Origin: Ruditapes philippinarum | Taxonomy: Eukaryota | Length of the DNA: 64,000 bases | Assembly: GCF_026571515.1 (NCBI RefSeq) | Contig: NW_026862342.1 | Span: 1-64,000, forward strand | Direction: 5' to 3' | Part shown: piece by piece, positions 1 through 13,006 of the stretch | Position numbering within the stretch: position 1 is the first letter of the stretch | Layout: every line of letters begins with the position of its first letter | The notes under the pieces: model-generated | Told to the model about the DNA's origin: nothing | The model's database searches: none | Seen by the model: only the letters and a program-made list of their open reading frames with translations | Translations under genes and position numbers: made by a program

Positions 1-139
1 GGCGAACGCAAAAGTGTCCGGATAAACAAATTTTAGATTAAGTTTTATTTTATTTCACCTTTCATTGTGATTTTATTGAATTTCATGAAAAAAAAGAAAA
101 AAGACGTTGAAAAACAAATTCTTCATGGACATCGACAAT

Positions 140-275
140 AACAATATCTGTCATTTTTACGGTTCGGATCTGGGAATATCCGTCCTGAGGGTACCCCGCC
201 CATAGGCGGATACCCGAGGGACGGATATTTCGATCTGAACCGCGAACATATGTCAAATTATTTGTTCTTGCATTT
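140..275. repeat. Degenerate copy of the palindromic repeat also at 3614-4430
   Basis: Inverted arms GGTTCGGATC..GAATATCCGTCC / GGACGGATATT..GATCTGAACC; same family as the hairpins at 3866-4020 and 4276-4428. Confidence 0.7.
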
Positions 276-480
276 TCTGCCATATTCATTTCATTTTAAA
301 ATTTTTGCCTCATAAGATATTAGTTTCATGAAAATAAATGAACATTTCATCCGTAACTATTTTTTACAATAATGGACCCCATAGGAAATAAGCTTTAAAA
401 CTTAATCCTAAGGTAACATAAAAACATACTAATTAATTAATTTTATAATTATTTTTGTTGCATTTTTGTGTGATTTTATA

Positions 481-1272
481 TACGAGGATTGATCAATTAA
501 TGGTCTTACTTTTCAATATAATCGCCCTCGACATCAATACACTTTGCCCACCTGTGTTCCAACTTGTTTAACTCTTCAAAATAGACCTCTCTATTTTGGT
601 CCCATGTTTCATCCTGAGTTACGATCCGGTTGATGAAATCAGGTTCATCCTCGTAGCGAGACAAAACATATATTGAAATATCAAGCCTGGTCCGTTTCTA
701 GTCGTGAGTCAACTGTCTGGGGACCAATCTAGCGGAAACCTTTGACATGCCATAGACATCAGCCCAGAATTGCCTGAACTGAACCAAAGCTTATACTCAC
801 TTCTCTAGCAATGCTTCGCAGGTCTCGCCTTCTACCGCACATAACCAGATCGTGTACAGCTTCGGCAATTTCATCGTTGGTGACCTCTTTTTTGCCAACC
901 AGTCCGCTCATCATCTCCAATGCCCTCCCTGTCCCTCTTAAATTTCGCACATTTGTTCACAGTGCCATAGGGAACGGACTCCTTCCCAAGACTTTTGTGT
1001 ATCCATGAAGTCTTCATGGATTTACTTTGGGGACATCCCTTTCTTATAGAGGTACTTATTGACGGCTCTGATTTCAACTTTCTCCATTTGATCTAAATGA
1101 CACACCCAACTACTGATCAAAGTGTGTTCTGTGTTACTTAATCTGTGTAAAACCGCGTGTAACTCGGTCAGTAATATTAGTATTGATATTGGTATCCACG
1201 TATCGTGTGTAAATGTCAGGGTAGTGGCTAGAAGTATATCGGGCAGAGAACTTTTTGATCATACCTCGGATA
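481..1272 (-). mobile_element. Internally deleted mariner-like element with transposase remnant
   Basis: Degenerate TIRs TACGAGGATTGATCAA / TTGATCATACCTCGGATA. Minus-strand fragments include DDERTG..EIAEAVHDLVMC.RRRDLRSIAREVSISFGSVQAIL (HTH) and the C-terminal FEELNKLEHRWAKCIDVEGDYIEK* typical of mariner transposases; frameshifted. Confidence 0.85.
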
Positions 1273-1429
1273 TGCAAGTTTATATATGTGACAATAATGT
1301 ATGTGTTTGTGTAGATAACCTGAATAAATCGATACAAAAGCGTATGAATTTAAAAGTTTGATAACAACGACGAAAAGCGTTATCCTTAGCATATACTCCC
1401 TTCAAATGCGCCAAAATGACGCCATTTTA

Positions 1430-2100
1430 ACGCGGTTTCTTCATACAATTCGCTATAATAACGTTTTTGTATGACACGCGACTCAACTGGCACCCCATGC
1501 CTGATGAAATTTCCGGCATGGGTAAAACCAACGAAAACGCCAGTTTGCTATGTAAGAATACGTTTGTTGTGTTTTGAGGCGACGTCACCGCGTAAATCGT
1601 GTAAATTGGCACGTTCACAACAACGTCGGCTTAGACAACAGCGTGGAATAGCGTTCTTTTCTCTGACGAGTCCAGGTTTTTCATTCACCGAGCTAATGGC
1701 AGGGTTCGAGTATACCCTGGGTGAAATGAACGTTATGTCGACTGATGCGTGCTTGAACAAGGTCGTTTTGGGGATGGGGGTTCTGTCTTTTTCTGGGCAG
1801 GCATTGCAGATGGCTTACGCACCAATTTCGTCATTATCGAAGGAAATTTGGATGTCCAACACTACCGAGATGAAACTTTTGCGAGACATGTAATCCCACT
1901 GTTTCAAATAATGCAAATATCACACTTTAAAACATGATAATGCAACAAGCCATACAGGTGGGGAGATTGTGAATTTCGTAAGGGTGAATGATATTGCATT
2001 TATTTATGACTGGCCTGCCCTGATCTTAATCCCATTGAACACCTTTGGGATATTTTGGGTCAGCGCGTCGTCCTATTCCAACGTCAAACGTCATTTAGTT
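1430..2100 (+). pseudogene. Tc1-like (DD34E) transposase remnant
   Basis: Broken frames give FSDESRF, RFG.GGSVFFWAGI..GLRT.FVIIEGNL..QHYRDE, HDNATSHT and DWPA..PDLNPIEHLWDILGQR. Confidence 0.85.
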
Positions 2101-2117
2101 AAGACAAAATAGAGAAA

Positions 2118-2670
2118 ATAAGAATCCCTAAAGAAAGCCCCAACACGTCAAAATTGAAAATGTTGCAGACCCCGGTTGATTGAGTCTGTTCATAGACGGA
2201 ACTGTCAAGTGTAAACTACCATCCACGCCCCCTAGCATCAGCTAAAGAAGAATTCAACATTTAAACATGAAATGGCAAAATTTTGAATTTAGAAACATCC
2301 GCATATGTTTTCATATGGCTGTTATCATGAAACCTTCAATGTGACACTTCCGTGCCATTCCATGAAAAGCGGCATATGGTCCCCAAGTAATAAAAAGCGT
2401 GTGCCCTAAACGAGAAAACAACGGGCGGAACAAACTAAAATGGAATTTTGAATGGGGATCAGAGGTTATGAAGCCTGCGTATCACAGATAAGACGTCAAA
2501 AGACAAGTTAAAAAGCAGGCAACATATCCTAAGGGTGATTCAACATTATTTGAGTAGAAACATTGGAACAACCCAACTAGAAAATGCCGAAAAGTTAAAA
2601 CTAAAAATACCACAAGCACAACAATAATGTCGTGCTGAACGATCTTTAAGGATAGGAAATATAACATCTC
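2118..2670 (-). repeat. Interspersed repeat; reverse-complement copy of the 57437-58007 insertion
   Basis: Long reverse-complement match to 57440-57990; shorter fragments near 23350, 27330-27620, 48630, 52610-52870, 53645 and 59165. Confidence 0.75.
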
Positions 2671-3204
2671 TGACACACATTCAGGAATGAAACAACATTG
2701 CACAAGCTGAAATCAAGACGCTGATACGTTCTATGTGCCAACGATGCCAGGCAGTCCTTCATGCTGAAGATGATCATACCCGGTAATAATTTGGAATTTG
2801 TGATTTCTGCATTTTAACTACCATTTCACTACTTTTGGATAAACCCTCAGTGATATTTTATTTTTTCACAACAAAACGTAAATAAATACTCTTACAAAAA
2901 TATATATCTACTTTAATCCTGATTTTCGTATTTGTGTATATCTTCACTTAAATACAGGGAAAGCTTTTTTTTGCTCAGTAATAAAAATATTGGTTAAACT
3001 TACTTTATAAGCATAAATTGTACGTACTAACTTAAATTTACTTATTGAATCTGGTTGTGTTGCTTTGAAATTTTAATTGATAAAAACCATTTGTGCCATT
3101 GTAATTATCAACATAATACCCCCCTCCCCCTTATTGTTGCAGGCATAATTTTACCTTTAGGAAGAACATGGTTGTAATACATTTGAACTTACTTGAATGT
3201 AATA

Positions 3205-3370
3205 CATAGAGGATATTTAATGAATGTAAGTTTAATACTGAATTTATTGAACGAGTTAAATGAAATTATATTATGCGAGCCTCTGGCGAGCATGATATAA
3301 TTTTTTTTCAACGAGTTCAATAAATTCAGTAATGAACTTACACGAATTTAATATTCTATTTATCATATAC
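3205..3370. repeat. AT-rich palindromic element (possible Crypton-like non-autonomous repeat)
   Basis: Arms ..ACTGAATTTATTGAACGAGTT..ATATTATGC / GCATGATATAA..AACGAGTTCAATAAATTCAGT around GCGAGCCTCTGGCGAGC. The family assignment is inference. Confidence 0.5.
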
Positions 3371-3613
3371 AAAAATAAAGACCGTTTGAAGTACAGAAAA
3401 CGTTTTTCATTGATGCGCCTAAAGTGTAACGCTAACATTTTGCGCGTCTAAACGTTATGTTTGTATAACGCAAATGACGTCATGTCAAAATATATGCACA
3501 ACCATGCACTTTATTTAGGGAGTCGCAAAAACTGCACGGGTATGCGATAAATCATTTTTTCTCACTTACCAAATCCGTAAATGTTACTAAAAATAGCGGT
3601 GTTGGAAAATCTT

Positions 3614-4430
3614 TTCTTGCATATCAGACTGGCGTTTCCGTTAGTTTTACCCATGCCGGAAATGTCATCTGGCATGGGGGGTTCCAGATGAGTCGCGTGC
3701 TGTACAATGGCACGATAAAGATGACGTCATTTTACCGTTATGAATAATTTTGTAATTCATACGCTGTTGAATGAAAGTAGTTACGGTTGTAATGATATAA
3801 ATTTTCATTGAAAATAAAGATGAAGAATTAAAAATATAATGGAATACGGTAGAATATGCAAGAAAAAATATCTGACATATGTTTGCGGTTCGGATCGGAA
3901 TATCCGTCCCTCGGTCACCCGCCCATGGGCGGTAACTCGGCAAGCCTCGTTACCGCCCAATGGGCGGGTCACCTCGGGACGGATATTCCGATCCGAACCG
4001 CAAAATATGACAGATATTATTATTCTTGCATATCAGACTGGCGTTTCCGTTAGTTTTACCCATGCCGGAAATTTCATATGGCATGGGGGATGCCAGATGA
4101 GTCGCGTGCTGTACAATGGCACGCTTAGGATGACGTCATTTTACCGTTATGAATGAAGTTGTGTAATTCATACGCTGTTGTAAGAAAGAAGTTACGGTTG
4201 TAATAATATAAATTTCCATTGAAATTAAAGATAAAGAATTTAAAACATAATGGAATATGGTAGAATATGCAAGAAAAAATATCTGACATATGTTTGCGGT
4301 TCGGATCGGAATATCCGTCCATCGGTCACCCGCCCATAGGCGGTAACTCGGCAAGCCTCGTACCGCCAATGGGCGGGTCACCTCGGGACGGATATTCCGA
4401 TCCGAACCGCAAAATATGACAGATATTTTT
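3614..4430. repeat. Head-to-tail dimer of a ~409-bp unit, each ending in a ~150-bp GC-rich hairpin
   Basis: Unit starts TTCTTGCATATCAGACTGGCG at 3614 and 4023; each unit has ~65-70-bp inverted arms. Confidence 0.9.
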
Positions 4431-5777
4431 AATCTCACATGGGCTTATCTCACACTCTCTTCAAACGTATTCTTACACATGCGCGATTCACTCCTATTTT
4501 AACAAAAATGAAACGTCAAACGGTCAAAATGTATTAAAAATATGTGAGCTTATCTATTAAATTGTCCACGGAATCAAAATAGATTGGTATTAACTTTCAC
4601 ACTGCAATGAGTCCTACCCTACCTAAGTCCGCCCTTGCAATATCGGTATGTTTCTAAAAATAGTACACTTTAAAATATCGCAAAATCCTTCGTAAAATCG
4701 GATATTATGACACTTTGCCTGAAAAGCATCCATGTTTTCTGTTATGATAACGATGCTTCTTGATGACGAATCTCATTTTGATATTTTTTAATTGAATATT
4801 GGGCCAAAATAACCGAATAATTAGGAAAATCTTTGTAAACGGTAAATGCTTTTTGTCAACCATTAAAGTATGTACTGAATTCCTTATAAACACTTATATT
4901 ACGACACTTTCGACTTAAACATTGATGTGTTTTATCATGATAACCTTACTTTTAGACGAGGGATCCAATATGAATTTATTCTCATTGAACTTTTCACACA
5001 TAGAATTTTTTGAGGACGTAAAGTCAGACGCCTAAGCCCCGCCCCGCTTTTCAAAACTAGGTACGTTGTAATGCGCGTAGCAAGTAGTTTCACTGATATT
5101 TATATTTTGTTTCTTGTGTGTCCAGGTGAGTGAAGTGAGTGAGCGAGCCAAGGCTCGTTCCCAATGGAACCGATCACCCTGGGGTTGGGATTTCCCTATC
5201 CTCTATCTAACCCAATGATAGATTCTATTAATGTAACATAGTTACTGTTTGAAAATTAATGCCTCAGCTTAAATTTAAACTGGATAATGATATTCGTTCA
5301 ATTTGAATTTATTCTCTCCATAAGATAATCAGAATAGCATTTTCCCCCATTTATCATTTCCTTTTGAAAACCAGATGTTCATGTACATATATTATTATTA
5401 TATAAAAATCAAAAATATAAATTACAGAACAAATTACCATTTTTGCTTCAAGTTTATCATAATAAAATTTAAGGTTAATTATGATTGATCGGTCGTGAAA
5501 ACAATTTGCCTTATCTTGTTTGGTTCTCTGCTAATTTAAAACTTATTTATCCTTTCAGTTAATAACGCCGTGAAAAGTTACATTTATCAATTATTTTTTG
5601 TAATTGTCGATTTGGTTTTAACTGGTGGCTTGCATGTCAAAGTTATCATTGTCATAATTATTATTCAAACTAACCGAGTTGAAAGAATAAGTACACTGAT
5701 TGCTAGTTTCACTCATTGCTAGTTTAAAATAAATTTTCAAATATATGTGCTTATAGTCTTAATTCTTATTGTTTTAA

Positions 5778-6020
5778 AGATCCTGTAACACAATTTTTTA
5801 TGGTTTTAAATAATAAATATGATGCTCAAATTAAGATTTATCAATATCGTAGGTGGTAAAAAGCCTTATTTATAAAGATATTACCGAATTTAACATTTCA
5901 TGTAAATAAAGGGAGGTAATAAAAATTTATTTTCTATAAAATTTAAGTCAAATTTTACAATAAGAAATGAATGCATATATTTAAATGATTACATATGCAC
6001 AAATATTTGTATACGTATAT
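5778..6020. mobile_element. Terminal fragment of the Kolobok-like MITE family seen at 30572-31219
   Basis: TTAA followed by AGATCCTGTAACAC; reverse complement of 31015-31219. Confidence 0.65.
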
Positions 6021-6294
6021 ATATAAAATTTCCGTCTTTTTGCTTTTCCAGATTTCAATATCGAATACGATAAATCAAGCAAGTAACTGGTGCAATGAAG
6101 TGAAAAACATTACGTCTAGTTTAGATTTATCAATCCACTTTGATAACAAAATGACAGTGAATATTGATTGTGTTAAATAAAAAAAGACTATTATGCAAAT
6201 AGATGTGCAACTGACTGTGAAAAGGTGCTTACATTAAGGACTTACAAAACATTTAAGATCCAATTTTCTTTGAAGGCAATTTGTTAATGAATCT

Positions 6295-6480
6295 TAAAAG
6301 AAATGAACGCTCAATTTATGTACAGCTTTGGTGTGGTAGTCTGCCCTTTATTCCGGAGAAGCGCCAAATCAAAGAATCTGTGCTGTATGCCAATCAGGAT
6401 TTACTGAGGATGAAACTCATTCCTTAAAAGTGTGTCCCGTATATAACGATATAAGATCAATGACATTTAATGACATTATT
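6295..6480 (+). pseudogene. 3' remnant of a non-LTR retrotransposon ORF2 (Cys/His finger)
   Basis: Broken translation ERS...QL.CGSLP..QRICAVCQSGFTEDETH..KVCPVYNDIR. Confidence 0.5.
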
Positions 6481-8334
6481 ACAATCGATGTACAAGAAAA
6501 GCATTGATGCAAAGCATCAAAGGGCGTCCAAGCAAGATATGCAGCAGGTGCAGATGAACTAGTAGATATATAATGACAAGATATTCTTATAAACTGTTCA
6601 ATGGTTCATTGGTTTTTACCAGAATTGTATATCACTTAATTATGAATGAAAGAACGAAAGACATTGTTCATTATTTATAACTTTGATTGGCATGCTAGAA
6701 ATTAGAATACTACTTGCTATTTCTTTATGATCGTGGTTATTAATAGCAACGGATATACATGTATACAATCATTTATAATCCATATGAGTAACGCATGATC
6801 AACACCACACTTGTGTAATTGTCCCTTATTATGTTATCGCTATTAGCGAAGACCCCCTCTTAAGCTATCTGTTCACACTTAGTAACAATATGACACTTGT
6901 TATATTACCATGTTGAGCATAAATGTTTATTATACACTAATTGTAATATCTTTTTTAATAAAACATACAGATTTTATGAATATTGTTTTCTTTTCTTTTT
7001 TGTGTTTTATGCACTACTTTAATACTGAGTTTTTACGTTTACTACTATTTTAAGAATTCAATTGTCATAATGACCGACGATTATAAGTCAAAACTCAACA
7101 GGAAAAAGTCAGTAAATTATGGTTAAACTTTCAATATATAATATTGTTTATTCTTAAACCATATACATGTATATACATTTGTATTTTTCTTTATCATTTT
7201 TTAAATTATCAATCAATTGAATAATTCATAAAATCTGATTTGTAACTTTGAATAATTCCTCGGCATCTTTACTAAACACGAATAACAAATTAAATAAAAT
7301 GTTTCAAAGTTGATAGTGTCATATTAATGCCATAAAAATGTACATTTTTTCTCAATTATTGTACATATTTATTGTTTTTATCTCATATAGATAAAATAAA
7401 ACATGCGATTTGTGTTGTTGGTTTTTTTTCGAATTGTATGTTTATGTATAATAATAATCAATAAATTTGAGAGTTGATCTATTTTTATTAATTATTGTAA
7501 CCAAACTAAGTGACAAATATTCATTTTGAAAAAAAAGCTTATTTATCTGTAAAATATTTGTTCTGTTCTGTAACGATATCAAACATCTACTCCAAAACCG
7601 GAAGAGACCGGACAATAAACGTGTGGTACTATTCGCCGGTCGTCAAAATAGACCAGGAGAGACCGGGAATTACCGACAAGAGTACATCCCTCTATAAATA
7701 GATTTTCGGAATATTTAGGTCATCAACACAACATTCTATTTACAGCTTTCGGAATAACATACCATAATAACCCACTGTGTACTACAAAATGATAAATAAA
7801 AATACCCCGAAGAGCGCGATTTATTGACGGAAAAGGTTAATTAATTTGAAAATGTTTGCATTGCGAAATTCTCCAGTTCGCTATTCATTGTAATTAATAA
7901 TCAAGCACCCTCATACCGATCGGAATGATCGGCTTTTATTATGAACAACTATAAAGGCTCGAGAAGTTGCTGTCGCCCTTTCACAAAATCTGATTTCATT
8001 ACATAAAAGGCGCCGCGCTTCGGCGCGGCGTCAATAAAGCAACATGACAAAATGCGGAAAAATTAGTACATTACCAGAACAAAGTAATAAAAGATATTGC
8101 ATATGTTTTAAGAAGACATCTGCTTTATAATAGGTAATTGGCGTTTAATGTGCAAAAAGTAAAACAATGCGATATACTGATTTTCATGTTCTGATTTGTG
8201 ATACTGCAATTTACAAATCGAGCAGTCAATATGTTCCTTTTTGTTCACTGTTTAATATATATTTGTACTGGGTGCCCTACTTGGGTTTGTCGGGGGGCCG
8301 CGTCCTGTGAACGTTGCCTTTGCCTTGTTGAGCT

Positions 8335-8620
8335 TTATTCTTGTTTATTTTTTGCTTTACTGCTTTGCTTTAATTACTTTTCTATACTTATTTTACATTA
8401 CTTTGCTTTAATTTACTTTATTTTACAAAACTTTCCTTTACTGCTTTGCTTAACTTTACTTCACTTTGCTTTCCTTAACATTATTTTGCTTAACTTTACT
8501 TAATATTGCTTTACATTACTTTGCTTTTCTACTTTGCTTTACTTTACTTTGCTTTGCTTTGCTTAACTTTACTTTGCTTTACTTTGCTTTGCTTTGCTTT
8601 ACTTTACTTTACTTTATATA
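8335..8620. repeat. Degenerate pentanucleotide microsatellite (CTTTG/CTTTA)n
   Basis: Directly visible; accounts for the Leu/Phe-rich spurious ORFs. Confidence 0.9.
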
Positions 8621-10014
8621 CTTATATAACTTTCAACATTACAACAGGAGTTGTCTTATATATATACCCTGTATCCTGTATTCAATGGATCTGATCTTAA
8701 TATGAATGCTTTAATACAATATACTTGAATAGCTTATTTTGATAACACTGACATCATTTCTGAATTCAGCCATTCTAAAATTAACGCAGTTAATTTGCAA
8801 AACAAATATCGCCACTATAAAAAAGAGATAGCAGTGGGTGTACATACACGACTTCTAGTATTAATTTCTCATTTTTTGTCAAATATGATTGTGTCAAATT
8901 TTATCAATAAAACATGAACACTATTGAACTTCTGCATTCCTAACATATTCTTTGTTTTTACGTTTAGAGTGAAATTAATGTAACATCATTAATTTCGAGT
9001 TTTAACTATTTAATATAAAATAAATTCAAATGTTAAAAAAGAATCAGGATAATAACATCTTTGCTAAAGAACACAGATATTCAGATTTACAAATATTTAA
9101 GTCTTTTATGCATGTAGAATTTTAGATATGTGTTATAATTGGCGAAGTCTTGTATTTTATAAAAGAAAATGTTACAATGGAGGTAATCACATTGTATGAT
9201 GTTCATAAGTATCATAGTTTCTCCCTTTAAAAGCCATGTGATTTTTCAATTTGTTGAGTATTTTCAAGTCATATTGTTTATATTTAAAAATTGCAAGTTT
9301 ATGAAATTAAAAAACAGTTTAATTTTTAATAATGCTGTATTTAATTTGTTTCCAACAGCGTAATGGTTTGATAATGGAAAGTTATGCCAAATTTACTAAG
9401 GTGATGTGCCACAAATAAATAACAATGATTGAACTAGTAGATGTAATAACATAATATTTCGATTTCATATCTGTTAATATGCCGCGTTGAAGAAGTTCCA
9501 CCCGTCGTGGAAGTGTTAGGGAGCAGGTTGCCTAAATGATAAATCAGAATCGTGCACGAACTCAGGCTACGCATTTTCCATCTACCCAAGCAAAACAACA
9601 AGCAGCATCATAGTTGCAAAATCCTCCAATGAAACCTCCAGCAGAACTAGAACACATCGTAAATAGTTAAGAGAGGTCGTCAAGATTTACAGTGTTAAAA
9701 ATGAGTACTGGCAGCATTAATTTTTGCGTATCAAATTGAGTTTAGTAAACCTCATTTAAAGACTAAAATCATTAGAACAAGTCTAAAATAAATTGTTATG
9801 CGCACGATCCGTTTCAAAATATGACTTTAATTAAACGAAAAATTAACATTGAGGTGAATATGTCTGTAAAAGGAAAAATCATTTTACGTTACATTTAACG
9901 CTACAAACAATGATTTATTCCGTTTTTAATCCTTTTAACTGATTAAATTGATAATTGTTTTCTAAAAGCGTTTTTCTTTCATGTTTAAAATAGTAACAGT
10001 AAACACTAAAGCTG

Positions 10015-10507
10015 AAACTAACCAAGCTCTATTATATGACTGAGTAAACCGTGCACTGAAATTTTACGGTGGCTGCAATTCTGATGCCTAAACCCGTAAA
10101 AGCAACCCCTCAGCCACAAGGGGTGGCCAAATGAACATTTCTGTAGAATTTCATCAACATCTATTGTCGGTTGAGGACATGTTATTTCACACCTTTTTAA
10201 GCAATATTTTTAAAGGTCCATCTAAGAATCATTCCTGTTCAGTTTCATCAATATATACCGGACAGCTGTTTAAAGGTTTTTCTAGTTTTAGTTTTTGTGT
10301 CCATCTTGTTCAGTCGACCGAATCAATTTGAGCATTTTTGGAGGGGACAATACAAGGATCATTCTTGTTTTGTTTCACCACTATTAGTGTAGGGCGTAAG
10401 GACGAGATATCATTTAAGTAAAAAAATTAACTACGGACGACACGCACCGGACACAGGCGTATCACAATTTCTTACCTTGAGCACGTTAAGGTCAGGTGAG
10501 CTATCAA
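10015..10507. mobile_element. Helentron/HINE-like non-autonomous element
   Basis: Terminal hairpin CACAAT.TCTTACCTTGAGCAC..GGTCAGGTGAGCTA preceded by ACGGACGA..GGAC microsatellite-like sequence; internal degenerate tandem units. Confidence 0.55.
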
Positions 10508-11416
10508 CGTTTATCGTTTATATTAATTTTTAATTTTTCATCATCTTAAAGAAAACTCTTTTACTTCATGGATAAACATGACGGTATTTGCTAAAACATA
10601 TTTATATTATAAGCTATTGACATATTATGATCAATATTTAAACGCGCATATTTTGTCAACTAATAATATATATCAATATTTTTTTTTGTAAAATTTCATT
10701 AGTCTTCATAGAATGTCAGTAGTACGAGATGTAAAATATAGAACATCATTTACAACTATAACTGTTAACTTTAAACTTGCTAAATTCTATGATTTGACTC
10801 CGGAACAATCAATTCAAAGTATAAGAAACTATAATAACAAAAGTCAGAGTAAGCAACTGTATAGAGACCGGTCAGTCTGCAAGGATGTACTAGCTGGTCA
10901 GGTTCTACAGTAGTGGTAAAGGCTTATCACTTGCGGCTCACGTAGTGTAAGGGTTCAAATCGTAATAATTGTAATGTTTGTTATCTTGGTTATCAATAGG
11001 ATAAATTTATTCCCAACCGCATCCTCACCCCAACTTTGTTCTTGAACACTCTCTTGAGTCTTGTTTATCATCACTGTATTTTCTATATGCGGAAAAAAAA
11101 CATGCTAGAAACGCAATATTTTTCCAGTGCATTCACACCTTTTTTTATTCTAATTTTAATTTAAGCATTTAAACTAGTCATACAAATCTAACAAACAATA
11201 TCTTTAATAATCACTGCCGTTATCGTCTTAACCGTGATTGTATCGACAAAGTCTTTCTTACAAAATTGCGTTGGAAAAGTTTTGTTTTGAAATATATTTA
11301 TGAACCGATTTACAATTTCGCAAATTAAATTTAATTGAATTCAAATGACATCGTATTTCAGTAGAATACGTAATAATCTCAAAACATCCTTTTAAGTTTG
11401 ACCGCTTTGAAGTTGT

Positions 11417-13006
11417 TTAATCCGAATCCTCCTTGATAGATTGCGTCCCATATCTTTTGATATGCGTATCGGCGTATTGTTGATAACTACAGTACGTGTA
11501 GTATGACGATGCAATTATTCCAATCGGAAGTGCAAGAATTAGCACACCACACACTGCGCATGTCGACGCAATAATGTGACCAAAAACGGTGCTTGGGTAA
11601 TAATCTCCATAGCCAACTGTTGTTAATGTAATCAGTGCCCAATACATCGCTACAAAAACGTTGTCGAATTTTGAGTTATGAAACATTTCTGCGATGAACA
11701 TAATGAATCCGAATATGAACATGAGTATTCCGAGCATAAACATAAGTACCTTTAATTCTTGCAAGGAAGAAAGGAACGTGTATCCCATTATGTTGAATGC
11801 TGGTATACGTTTCACGAGAAAAAACAAACGCGTCAGTTGCAGTATTGACAAATATTTAAAAGCCACGTAAGTCCGTATGCTAGTTACTGTTGTCAATGAC
11901 TCCAGATGAATTTCCATTATGAACGATATCCAAAATGACAAATATCCGAGTATTACTATAAATCGGAAATAGCTAAACATATACATGGTTTTCTTTCTTG
12001 GACAGACGAGAAATGCTACAAGGAAATCTACGGTTAAAATAAAATGGCAGCTTGCGTCTGTGTATAGTAAATATGGGTGTGGCTTGAGAGCTCCGAGTGC
12101 AGAGTCGGTGTTATTTTCGAGGCCAAGTAACTTGCCAATTTCAATGAGAATGCTCTTTTCGGATTTTGTTAGGTCGACAGTGAACATTGGTAGAGTTGCC
12201 AAGGCCTCTGTGATTGTTGACATAACAATCAGCAAAGATATAAAGCTTCCCCAAATCTGAAATCAACATCAACATACGTGTAATTTAGGAGAGGTTTAGT
12301 ATCACGGTGTGAGAAACTGAAAAATAAGAACAAGTATGGACTTTGTCTTGATTTCCATCGAAACATTATACTTCTTTCATATTAACGGGTGAAATGAATA
12401 TTTATCAACTCCAAAGTCTAATTCCCATATTTGTAACAAACCAGAAAAACTGTTAAACATTTGATTATTGATTAAATAAACTCTGTTAAGTGTCAAATAT
12501 AGGAACAAAACATTTAGATAATTACGTACCATTGCATTTACTGAAGAAGACGGCTCATCGAGAAAAAGCCATATATTTTTCCTCCATGGTGATATATCAC
12601 GTTCTTCTTCAACGAGACCTGCTTCACATCGAAGATATTTTGTTACCTTACGGATTTTAGAAACGTCATTTTCGTTACGGTACAGTGCCTCCCAGCAACA
12701 TGGCGCCACGTGACTCGGAGAAACGCCCCAATAGTCAAGTTCTTCACTGAAAGAAGCTCCACAAATATCTTTTGGTAAATGAATCGTTCCTTTTCTGCAA
12801 CCATCCAAGATACTGTTAAACATTAATGGATTTCTGTCAAAGAAATATTCATTTCTTGCCGAATCATAATTTTTCGTCTGCAAGTGAAGATTTGCTAATC
12901 TGGATTCCTTAAATGTTTTTAACGTTTTAGAGGGACATTCAAAAATAGTTCCACAAATATTGATTCGAATAATACCTTCTCTAGATAAACACACAGTCGT
13001 CGCCAT
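11417..13006 (-). CDS. Voltage-gated K+ channel alpha subunit, Shaw/Shab-like, 438 aa; exons 12530-13006 and 11417-12256
   Basis: T1/BTB domain (NEYFFDRNP; HLPKDIC..PCCW Zn motif of non-Shaker Kv), six TM segments, pore WALITLTTVGYGD. Phase-0 GT-AG intron 12257-12529; additional acceptor at 13012-13013 implies an upstream UTR exon. Confidence 0.92.

Noticed and set aside
8198-8705. Hydrophobic membrane-protein ORFs
   Set aside because: They translate a pentanucleotide microsatellite.
12377-12529. C-terminal extension of the T1 ORF
   Set aside because: Read-through into the intron past the donor at 12529.
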